Part shown: in pieces, positions 56,393-64,000 of the stretch
How the letters are laid out: each line of letters opens with the position of its first letter
Numbering within the stretch: the stretch's first letter is position 1
Virus record (IMG/VR): IMGVR_UViG_3300028840_008157
Origin: a virus
Lineage: Duplodnaviria > Heunggongvirae > Uroviricota > Caudoviricetes
Direction: 5' to 3' (one strand)
DNA length: 64,000 nucleotides
Position numbers and translations under genes: made by a program
The notes under the pieces: model-generated
Seen by the model: the letters and a program-made list of their open reading frames with translations, nothing else
Told to the model about the DNA's origin: nothing
Databases searched by the model: none

Positions 56393-56734
56393 TTATTCGT
56401 TTCCGGAACCCGGTGCGATGACCTGCTCGAAGATGTATCGGCCGTTGATGAAGCGCTTGATATCGACGCCCGTAAAACACGCCATGGACGGGACGGATAC
56501 CGAGTACCACATGGTCTTCTCCGGGTGAAAATCACGAAGGCGTTTCAGGAATTCTGCGCCTCCATACGAGTCCTGGATGATCTTCTCGACGAGCCACTCG
56601 TTGTAGAAGACGCGCATGTTCCAGCCGACCCCCCGTCGACCAAGAACCTCGCGGACCAGGATGACGGCGCTGGCCGGCGCGTTTTGAAGCGGGCGGAAAG
56701 CCCGGCAAGCTAGGTTGTGGTCGTCCTCTTTCAT
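56393..56734 (-). CDS. Hypothetical protein (113 aa)
   Basis: Clean ORF. Confidence 0.45.
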   Translation of the reverse strand: MKEDDHNLACRAFRPLQNAPASAVILVREVLGRRGVGWNMRVFYNEWLVEKIIQDSYGGAEFLKRLRDFHPEKTMWYSVSVPSMACFTGVDIKRFINGRYIFEQVIAPGSGNE

Positions 56735-56785
56735 GCCCGCATCATACTCGTCCTCGGCGTATAATCAAGGCGGAGGAAGTATCGA

Positions 56786-57094
56786 ATGGGACCCACCATC
56801 GTCAGGACCATCGCGGCGGCGAGCCCGTCCCGCAAGGCGGCCCACCGCGTCATAGCGTGTCTTTGCATCGGGGCGGCCGACGGCATCGAGAACGGCATCC
56901 TGTCCCCTCGGGACGCCTGCAAGGACTTGTTCACCGACGAGAACTACCAGGAGGTCAAGCGTCACCGCATGAACAAGTCCCTCAAGACCTGCTTCGAGCT
57001 AGGCTTGAAGCTGGAGTCCCTTGAAAAGGACGACGTCGCCAACCACGTCTCGAGGATGAGGGACATGGCCCGGCAAGTCCTGAAGTCGTCGTGA
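56786..57094 (+). CDS. Hypothetical protein (102 aa)
   Basis: ORF only. Confidence 0.4.
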   Translation: MGPTIVRTIAAASPSRKAAHRVIACLCIGAADGIENGILSPRDACKDLFTDENYQEVKRHRMNKSLKTCFELGLKLESLEKDDVANHVSRMRDMARQVLKSS

Positions 57095-57239
57095 CAATCC
57101 GTTTGTAATGTAAAACACGAGTTACACAAACGTGATTCACGATTGGACATTGCGTCCTTCCAGAAGGAATCTCCTCGTTATCGATGGATACAAAATCATG
57201 GGCGGGAAGGGCCCGCCGTCATCCTAGGAGGGGCATCAA

Positions 57240-58325
57240 ATGGGAGTATTGGCTGACCAAGTCGCGGTCCTGGAGACCAAGGTCGCGACCCTGGAATCGC
57301 AAATGGCCGCCGTCCAGGGCCAGGTCGCGAATCTGGAGAACATCCACGGCAAGGGTGGCTGGCATGACCAGCAAGTCAGGAAGGGGATTCATCGCCGCCC
57401 GTCCGACTTGCTCGTCTATTACGGGTGGCCGAGCGGGTTCAACAGCGCGGTCAACCAGTGGAACCTCGACAAGGTGGCGCAGGACATGGCCAAGTACGGG
57501 CTCGTCGTCCTCGGCGCCGGGCTCGAGGACTCCGGCCATGGCGACCACTCCAACACGGTACAGGTCATCACGAAGGTCAAGGCGCTGAACCCCACCGCGT
57601 TGATCTTCGGCTACGTGAGCACGAACCAGGACTTGAGCGTATTCCAGTCCAAGGCGAACCTCTGGAACGACATGGGCGTCCATGGCATCTTCATGGACGA
57701 GTCCGGATACGACTATGGAAAGACGAGGGGGGATTTCAACGATCGCGTCGATCACGTCCACGGCTTGTCGTCAGCGAAGATCGCCTTCGCCAACGCCTGG
57801 AACACGGACCACGTCCTCGGGACGGCCGACGACCCGTCGTTCCCCAACTCGACCTTCAACGCCAGCTCGACGGAGTCGTTGCTGGGGCCGCAGGACTGGG
57901 TCATGTTGGAGAGCTTCGGGGTCAACACCTCCTCGTATGGAAACTTGATCGAGCCGAAGGCCCAGTGGGCGGCCCGAGGATGCAAGATGCTGGGCTTGAG
58001 GGCGACCTACAACGTGAACTTCGCCGGCGTCGGCGTGATCCAGAACGGGCACGCGAGCGCGTCGTCGTTGTTCGCCTTCGGCGTGACGTCGGCCCTGATG
58101 TGGAGCCTCGAGGCTTTCGGCACGTCGGACGCGTCGTACGCCTCCGGGTCGGCCGCGGTGGACTTCCACGCGCGACCGGCGGTGGCGGAAATCAACCCCG
58201 TCTGGAGCCTCAACCCGAGCGTCCAGGCGGACGCCACGAACGGCGACCGTTACTTCCGGTACGTGGAGAAGGGGCGCATGATGGTCAACTTCGCGGACGG
58301 ATCGAGCGAGATCGTCTGCTGGTGA
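57240..58325 (+). CDS. N-terminal coiled coil + putative polysaccharide hydrolase domain (Spherulin-4/GH114-like TIM barrel, tentative)
   Basis: Heptads LETKVATLESQMAAVQGQVANLENI then YYGWPSG...IFMDESGYD pattern. Confidence 0.5.
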   Translation: MGVLADQVAVLETKVATLESQMAAVQGQVANLENIHGKGGWHDQQVRKGIHRRPSDLLVYYGWPSGFNSAVNQWNLDKVAQDMAKYGLVVLGAGLEDSGHGDHSNTVQVITKVKALNPTALIFGYVSTNQDLSVFQSKANLWNDMGVHGIFMDESGYDYGKTRGDFNDRVDHVHGLSSAKIAFANAWNTDHVLGTADDPSFPNSTFNASSTESLLGPQDWVMLESFGVNTSSYGNLIEPKAQWAARGCKMLGLRATYNVNFAGVGVIQNGHASASSLFAFGVTSALMWSLEAFGTSDASYASGSAAVDFHARPAVAEINPVWSLNPSVQADATNGDRYFRYVEKGRMMVNFADGSSEIVCW

Positions 58326-58344
58326 TGCCCGGATGGCGGGGGCT

Positions 58345-58638
58345 TCAGGCCCCCGCCATCTTCGTCTTTGCGTGGATGTCGATCAGGATTTCCTGGATCA
58401 TCTGCTTGTCGTCCAGGCGCTCGGCCATGCTGGCGATGGACTTCCAGTCCTTTTCGTTCGACAATATGACGATGTAGACCCAGTCGGGGTCTTCGGAGGG
58501 GTAACACAGATAGGGAATCCCGCCCTTGGTCAGGAACGAGCAGAGCCTCGACGCCAGGTTCCCGTTCAACGAGCATAGGTAGGTGTTCTCGCCCTTCGCG
58601 TGCTCGAGAACGAGGTCTGCCAACTCGTGAGCCCTCAT
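58345..58638 (-). CDS. Hypothetical protein (97 aa)
   Basis: Internal ATG MRAHELADL; ATGA overlap with DUF4326 gene. Confidence 0.45.
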   Translation of the reverse strand: MRAHELADLVLEHAKGENTYLCSLNGNLASRLCSFLTKGGIPYLCYPSEDPDWVYIVILSNEKDWKSIASMAERLDDKQMIQEILIDIHAKTKMAGA

Positions 58639-59108
58639 CTCTCCTCCCACGTCGTCCATTCCTTGACGAACTCCTCGGCGTCCTCGCGTCCCGTCGCGGC
58701 CCACGCGTCGCGCTGGATCGACGCGACCTCCGATCTCCTTTCCGGCTCGGGGACGTCCTCCAGCCCGGGTCCGTCGTACGGGACGCGGAGGGCCATCTGG
58801 CCCTCCGTCCCTGGGCATACGGGCGGATATTCCATCATCCTGGCCATGACGTCGCCGTGACAATCCAGCGGCTTGCAAAAGCAGACCAGCGTCTTCCCCC
58901 GGAGCGTTCGGAGCTCGCGCCATAGCCAGATGTCGGACGCCAGCCGTCCTCGGAACCAGACGGTAAACTCTAGGATGGCCTTGGCCCTCCCCAAGTCCTT
59001 GCTGCGGAAGGGGTTGCCCCATTGGGAGGGACGCCCGATATATACGTACGAGGGGTCGTCCCGCCATCCCCTCGGGGCGTTTTTGATGTTGATGACCTTG
59101 GTTTTCAA
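58635..59108 (-). CDS. DUF4326-family protein
   Basis: YIGRPSQWGNPF ... LRGKTLVCFCKPLDCHGDV pattern characteristic of DUF4326 as I recall it. Confidence 0.6.
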   Translation of the reverse strand: MKTKVINIKNAPRGWRDDPSYVYIGRPSQWGNPFRSKDLGRAKAILEFTVWFRGRLASDIWLWRELRTLRGKTLVCFCKPLDCHGDVMARMMEYPPVCPGTEGQMALRVPYDGPGLEDVPEPERRSEVASIQRDAWAATGREDAEEFVKEWTTWEER

Positions 59109-59454
<346 letters not shown>

Positions 59455-59468
<14 letters not shown>

Positions 59469-60123
59469 GTATGTAGCCGAAATGCTGGCGAAGGTCTTCG
59501 GTCCCGACGTCGTAGTATACCTTCTTGAACTTGCGCCGCATCTGCTTCTCGAGCAACTCCTTCAGGCGCCGTTGTACCTCGGTCGAGTACAGGCCCGCCT
59601 CGCGCAGGAACTTCTCCTCGTTATCGGGATCCCGCATCAGGAGCGCGCTCGGTTCCAGGACCGATATGTCGTAGGGACGCATGGCGAGCTCGTTGGTTCG
59701 TGGAAAGTAGAACCCGCGAATCCAAAACCCGTAGTTATGCGGGGGGGCGTTGAAGTTCCGCTTCTTTCCGCGACGCTTGAGCGCATCCTCGAAGCCCTTG
59801 AGGATCAAGGCGTGTTCCGTCGTCCTTCCGGCCTTCGAGATCATCTCCCCGGTCTGGGGGTTCCACATCCAACGGATGACCTCTGGGGGCTTCCATTCCA
59901 TTCGCTCGTCCCGCATGAAGGGATGCGTCTTCCTGAGCTTGCGGAGCGCCTTCGGGTCGTCCTCGACGTCCTCCTCCTCGGTGAACCCGGCGGAATGGAC
60001 GTGCTCGACCTCCTTCGAGATGGGGGGCGCCTCGAACCGATACTCGAAAGCCTTCTTCTCTCGTTTTTTCCGCCTCGGGATGATGACCATGATTAAGCCT
60101 TTCGTTGAGTTGGTGGTCGCCAC
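59455..60123 (-). CDS. Hypothetical basic protein (222 aa)
   Basis: Clean ORF. Confidence 0.5.
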
Positions 60124-60395
60124 ATGAGGATGTCGACGGCGCTCATGTTCATCTTGGGAGACTTGCGCCTAGAATCCTGCCGAGGTTGCGTCCTCAACTC
60201 ATGGCCGTTCCCGTTTCCGTTCGTCTTCTTTTTGGCCTTCTGGACGATCCGGTAGGCCGTCATGCCCCTCGTCGGCTTCAGGTCGAACGCCTTCTCGATC
60301 TGCTCGTAGCTCATGTCCCCGCCATTGCCTCGATAGGCGAGGAAGATCGACCTTATCTCCTTGGGGCAAACGACTTGAGAGGCTAACCTTCCCAT
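60093..60395 (-). CDS. Small protein with possible HTH (sigma region-4-like)
   Basis: MSYEQIEKAFDLKPTRGMTAYRIVQKA. Confidence 0.35.
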   Translation of the reverse strand: MGRLASQVVCPKEIRSIFLAYRGNGGDMSYEQIEKAFDLKPTRGMTAYRIVQKAKKKTNGNGNGHELRTQPRQDSRRKSPKMNMSAVDILMWRPPTQRKA

Positions 60396-60440
60396 CTCGA
60401 ATCCCTCCTTCGTCCCCCCATGACGGGCCTACTTTTCACA

Positions 60441-62078
60441 TTATTCGGTCTTCGGGGCGGCTTCCTCCTTCGCCTTTTGGGCTTCTGGCAATCTCGAGAC
60501 CATCTCGGTCAACACCGGCGTCAACAGGGAATGATTGATGCCCCCGTTTCCGCCGCCCCCGATAATAAGGATATTCGGCAGCTTGACGTCGGGGATCGAG
60601 GCCGTGATCTTCTCGACCATGAACGCCTTCAGGTACTCGTTCACGCCGCCGAACGCGTTGATCTTCTCCAGGTAGGCGGCCGCCTCGCCGATGGCCAGCT
60701 CCTTCTTGGCCTGCGCATCGGACTTGGCGATGTCGACCTTGGCCTTGGCCTCGGCCTTCATCTTCTCCTGGCGGGCGTCCTCCTCGGCCTTGACCATGCT
60801 GGCTCGCTGGATTTCGGCCTTCTCCTGCTCCTTGAACGTCTCCTGTTGCTGGACGGCCAGCTCCTTGTCCGTCTGCGTTTTCATCAGCTCCTTTCCTTCC
60901 GGGGTGTCTCCAAGGCCGATCTGGGCGACGTAAACGCGGTCGACGTCGATCTTGAACTCCTTCATGTCCTCGGCGAACTGCTTCGTCGCGTCCTCCTCTA
61001 TGATGGACCGGGAGTTCAGGTATTCGAGCGCGCTCTTGGCCTCCGCCGTGTTCCTGAAGATCGACCGGATGGACGGGAGGATGGCCTTCTCCTCCAACAT
61101 GTCGAACCCGTTCTTGTTGGGGTCGCTGTCGGGGTCCGCCAGCATGGCCACGACGTACGGGGCGTCCTCCGCGCTTATCTTGACGGATACCCGGACGTCC
61201 ACGGGGAACTCGAACGCGTCCTTCGTCTTGACGGAGACGGCGTTATTCCCGGCGCCCTCGGCGGACGTGTAGCTATAGACTCGCTTCGTGGTCTGGACGA
61301 GACGTACCACGTACGCCTGTGGATGCATGTAGTACGCGTTCGGCTGAAGGGCGTCCCGCCAAATGCCCCTGAACCCATTGGGGACGATCGGGACGCCGTT
61401 GACCTCCTCGACAACCTGGCCGTCCTTGGGCTGGTAGAACTCGCCCGCGTTGGACTTGATGACGGCTACGGAGCCGACCGGGACTTCCAAGGCCGGCTGC
61501 GGGGTTATCTCGAACAGCCTGGGGTTATAGCGGTACTGGCCAGGGGGGAGCACCGTTAGCTGCGGCCCCTTGTGCCCGTTGCCGGTAAGGAACTTGAGTC
61601 CGTCTATCATCTCATGCGGGTCCTTCCACGCCGGGGCGAACACCTCCCCGTCGGGCAACGGCTTCCCGTCCTTGGCCACGATGACGCCGATCCTGCCCTG
61701 CGGGATGTCCATGTTGTCGTGGGCGGTCAGGTCGTACAACCAGGGCCAGTAGAAGAAGTGCCAGCCAGGCGGTAACACGTACGCCTGTGGCCCCTTTTCC
61801 CCTTGGGTCGCGATGATCGCGCCCTCGTGGAGGTCATCTCCGAACTTGCGAATGATGATGCCACCTTGAGTATCCTTGACGAATATGGCCGTCGAGGCGA
61901 TGATCAGGATGAAGCCGAGCAATACGGCGGCCGACCCGGACAGCCTGCGCACCATCTTGCTCGGCCATTCCCTCCCGCCGGAGCTGGTCATTCTCACGAA
62001 CGCAAAGACCAAACCCCCCAACATCAACAACGATCCCAAAACGAAAAGTATCATGGCTTCCTCCTTTTCATGACTCAA
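60441..62078 (-). CDS. SPFH/Band-7 (flotillin/YqiK-like) membrane protein
   Basis: N-terminal TMs, SPFH core, long Ala/Glu/Lys coiled coil (KAEIQRASMVKAEEDARQEKMKAEAKAK). Confidence 0.8.
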   Translation of the reverse strand: MSHEKEEAMILFVLGSLLMLGGLVFAFVRMTSSGGREWPSKMVRRLSGSAAVLLGFILIIASTAIFVKDTQGGIIIRKFGDDLHEGAIIATQGEKGPQAYVLPPGWHFFYWPWLYDLTAHDNMDIPQGRIGVIVAKDGKPLPDGEVFAPAWKDPHEMIDGLKFLTGNGHKGPQLTVLPPGQYRYNPRLFEITPQPALEVPVGSVAVIKSNAGEFYQPKDGQVVEEVNGVPIVPNGFRGIWRDALQPNAYYMHPQAYVVRLVQTTKRVYSYTSAEGAGNNAVSVKTKDAFEFPVDVRVSVKISAEDAPYVVAMLADPDSDPNKNGFDMLEEKAILPSIRSIFRNTAEAKSALEYLNSRSIIEEDATKQFAEDMKEFKIDVDRVYVAQIGLGDTPEGKELMKTQTDKELAVQQQETFKEQEKAEIQRASMVKAEEDARQEKMKAEAKAKVDIAKSDAQAKKELAIGEAAAYLEKINAFGGVNEYLKAFMVEKITASIPDVKLPNILIIGGGGNGGINHSLLTPVLTEMVSRLPEAQKAKEEAAPKTE

Positions 62079-62389
62079 TTGAGAGCCGTCTTCTCCCTTA
62101 TCCTCTTGGCGACCTCCCAGACGTGGTCGTCCATGGAGAGCGGCACGCCGACCGCCTCGGACAGCTCGTCGATGTCGTCGAAGGCGCCGTCAAAGTCGCC
62201 GATGGTCGACTCGTCGGTCACCAGGGCGCTGCTTATGCCCATGGCATGCAACAGGACGCCGACCTCCTCGGAGTACTCGTCGGACTTGTCCCTGGAGGCG
62301 ACTTTGATCTTGACCTTGCCCTCCCGGAGCCTTTTTTTAAGGTCCGGGGGCAAATCCTTTCGTTCCCTTCTGCGCTTCCTGTTCTTCAT
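62075..62389 (-). CDS. Small acidic protein
   Basis: Internal ATG MKNRKRRRERK. Confidence 0.4.
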   Translation of the reverse strand: MKNRKRRRERKDLPPDLKKRLREGKVKIKVASRDKSDEYSEEVGVLLHAMGISSALVTDESTIGDFDGAFDDIDELSEAVGVPLSMDDHVWEVAKRIREKTALN

Positions 62390-62772
62390 TTTCTCGCAAG
62401 GTGACCCTTGCAGGGGTGGATGTACGTCGCCTTTCGCTTCCCGTTGCAGTCGTTGATGACGACTTCCACGTAGCCAGGCGGGACGGCCCCGTGGACGGAC
62501 ACTTGACGCTCGATCATTTCCGGCTCCCAGGAGGGCCATTCGCCCCGGAGCATGGCCTCCGCGACGTTCAGGTCGAGCGTCGCGTTCGCGAGGTCGCTCC
62601 TGAGATCATGGACGAGGGCTTTTTGCCCCGGCGTCATTCCCCTGGACAACCTCTTGACGCGCCTGCTTAGCTCGCACGACTCGCATTTGCACATGCCACG
62701 GGACATCATATACCGTTTTTCCCACGCTGTCAACAAGGAAGGGGATTGGCGGCGATTGTCAGAATTCGTCAT
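62386..62772 (-). CDS. Small Cys-containing protein (128 aa)
   Basis: CKCESCELS...CNGKRKATYIHPC. Confidence 0.4.
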   Translation of the reverse strand: MTNSDNRRQSPSLLTAWEKRYMMSRGMCKCESCELSRRVKRLSRGMTPGQKALVHDLRSDLANATLDLNVAEAMLRGEWPSWEPEMIERQVSVHGAVPPGYVEVVINDCNGKRKATYIHPCKGHLARK

Positions 62773-62788
62773 TTAGGAGGAAATAGGA

Positions 62789-63511
62789 ATGCTCTGGTAC
62801 GCGGCGGACGTCATGGAGTTCGCCGAGGACGCCATCCTCGCGGTGGGCGAGCTGGCCGTCCAGAACGGATATCATCACGTCGCCACGTCAAACATCAGCG
62901 ACTCGATGTACTACGCCAAGGGGCCGCGAACCCGCGAGAGGCCGTCCCCCCATCTCACCCTGCGCGTTTCCGATCACGAGCCGGCCTACGACATCTCCAA
63001 GAAGGGCGTCAACATCGTCCTCTTGGCCCCTGGCAACCTCGAGTTCTTCATAACCAAGGAACAACCGGGCCTTTACTACGCCGAGAGGGGGGATGACGCG
63101 TCCGTCCAGGAGGCGTTCCTGAAGGCCGACGCCGAGATAGAACGAAGGATCGAGCGCATGAATCAGTCGCGTGGGAAGGCCGTCGCGTCGTGGATACGCG
63201 GCAACTGCCGCTTCGCGGCCATCGAGAACGTCCTCGAAAAGCCGCCGCTGAGTCCGATGCCAGGCTCCAAGACGAGGAAGGACATCCGTTCCGGGACGGG
63301 GTTGCCGCCGGGCGCCGACAAGTGGCCCCCCGAGCGCGTCGAGCGCGAGGAGTCCATCACGCGATCCAAGATCGACGTCCTCCAGGACTGGATCATCGAG
63401 AACCTCGACGCGCTTCGGCCGGACCCGGCGCAATACAAGGCGTTCCAGGACTTGCTCGCCAGGTACCAACGCAGGCTGAAGGCCCTCGGGAAGATCAAAG
63501 AAGCCGCTTGA
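62789..63511 (+). CDS. Hypothetical protein (240 aa)
   Basis: Clean ORF with AGGAGGAAATAGGA RBS-like upstream. Confidence 0.5.
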   Translation: MLWYAADVMEFAEDAILAVGELAVQNGYHHVATSNISDSMYYAKGPRTRERPSPHLTLRVSDHEPAYDISKKGVNIVLLAPGNLEFFITKEQPGLYYAERGDDASVQEAFLKADAEIERRIERMNQSRGKAVASWIRGNCRFAAIENVLEKPPLSPMPGSKTRKDIRSGTGLPPGADKWPPERVEREESITRSKIDVLQDWIIENLDALRPDPAQYKAFQDLLARYQRRLKALGKIKEAA

Positions 63512-63556
63512 CACGAAGTCCCATCGCGCCCAGAATTAAGGGCGGAGGGACTGATC

Positions 63557-64000
63557 ATGTCCAAGAAACCCAAGAAGATCGAGAAGGACGCCGTCAGGAC
63601 GACCATCGTCGGGGGACGACCTCCCGGAAGCGGCAAGGACCTCGGGCCGGTCCCGCGCGGCATCGAGGACGTCGTCCGGAAGGCCGCCATGGATCCTTCC
63701 TTCAGGAACGACTTGTTGCTGGCGGAAAGGCAAAACAGGTCGCGGGTCGCCTCCAGGGCCGCAATCAAGCTCAGCGCCGTCGAGTCGTTGATGCTCCAGT
63801 CCCTCGACAAGGATCAGCTCTCCAAGATCATCAACGCCATCCGGTCCGACATGGTTCCTGGTGCGAGGCCGCTGGCTTCGACGAGGGGGCGCCCAAGGCC
63901 GACGCCCGAGCCGAGGGATTGGGTTCCTCCGTCCGACGTCCGTACCAAGGGCATACGGCCAGACCGGCCCGGCCCGACGCTGGGTCATTCACCGAGATGA
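63557..64000 (+). CDS. Hypothetical protein (147 aa), stop at window end
   Basis: GGAGGGACTGATC upstream of ATG. Confidence 0.5.
   Translation: MSKKPKKIEKDAVRTTIVGGRPPGSGKDLGPVPRGIEDVVRKAAMDPSFRNDLLLAERQNRSRVASRAAIKLSAVESLMLQSLDKDQLSKIINAIRSDMVPGARPLASTRGRPRPTPEPRDWVPPSDVRTKGIRPDRPGPTLGHSPR

Overview
This is a GC-rich (about 62%) prokaryotic segment with dense coding, many overlapping ATGA start/stop junctions and GGAGG-type ribosome-binding sites. I recognised no capsid, terminase, portal, integrase or CRISPR array.

Layout:
(1) 1-21.5 kb, minus strand: a run of very large fibrous or surface proteins. It opens with a partial protein over 1069 aa, followed by proteins of 1100, 810, 548 and 1967 aa. 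They carry beta-propeller repeats of the W-x-D-x-R-x-G..IY type, a VWA domain, a PA14 domain, FN3-like repeats and dockerin-like Ca-binding motifs. Three tandem paralogs with a conserved MAYFP/MSYFP N-terminus and (Gly-Phe-Ser)n tracts sit among them.
(2) 21.6-25.2 kb: a SLOG(DprA/DUF2493-like) gene, a small ORF and a nucleoside-hydrolase-like gene form a plus-strand operon. Small minus-strand ORFs converge on it, then an intrinsic terminator and an odd pair of tRNA halves in permuted order.
(3) 26.0-37.5 kb: a large glycan-modification cluster. It holds a GT32-like gene, a GT2 gene, two giant multi-module GT-A proteins (one with a pyruvyltransferase-like domain), sulfotransferase(s), and a CstII(GT42)-like sialyltransferase fused to a SAM methyltransferase. 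The 3' end lies in a sharply AT-rich patch.
(4) 37.5-46.4 kb: a secreted protein, a chain of small translationally coupled ORFs including a duplicated two-gene cassette, a DnaQ-like 3'-5' exonuclease, an ADP-ribosylglycohydrolase, a radical-SAM enzyme and a C5-MTase-like gene.
(5) 46.4-52.3 kb: two GT4 glycosyltransferases, lipoproteins and small ORFs.
(6) A clear tmRNA (ssrA) gene lies on the minus strand at about 52321-52681. Its tag reading frame ends ...AVALAA-stop, it has G3:U70, and its pseudoknot-1/resume region is E. coli-like.
(7) 52.7-64 kb: a LolA-like protein, a coiled-coil membrane protein, a P-loop kinase, a ferritin-like mini-protein, a putative glycoside hydrolase, a DUF4326 protein, an acidic-tail protein and an SPFH/flotillin-like protein.

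The context is either a cellular chromosome with accessory islands or a very large phage or mobile element. The tmRNA and the many lipobox proteins favour a cellular context. The ORF track counts GTG/TTG as M, so several true starts are internal ATGs. Coordinates I derived by hand may be off by 1-2 nt.
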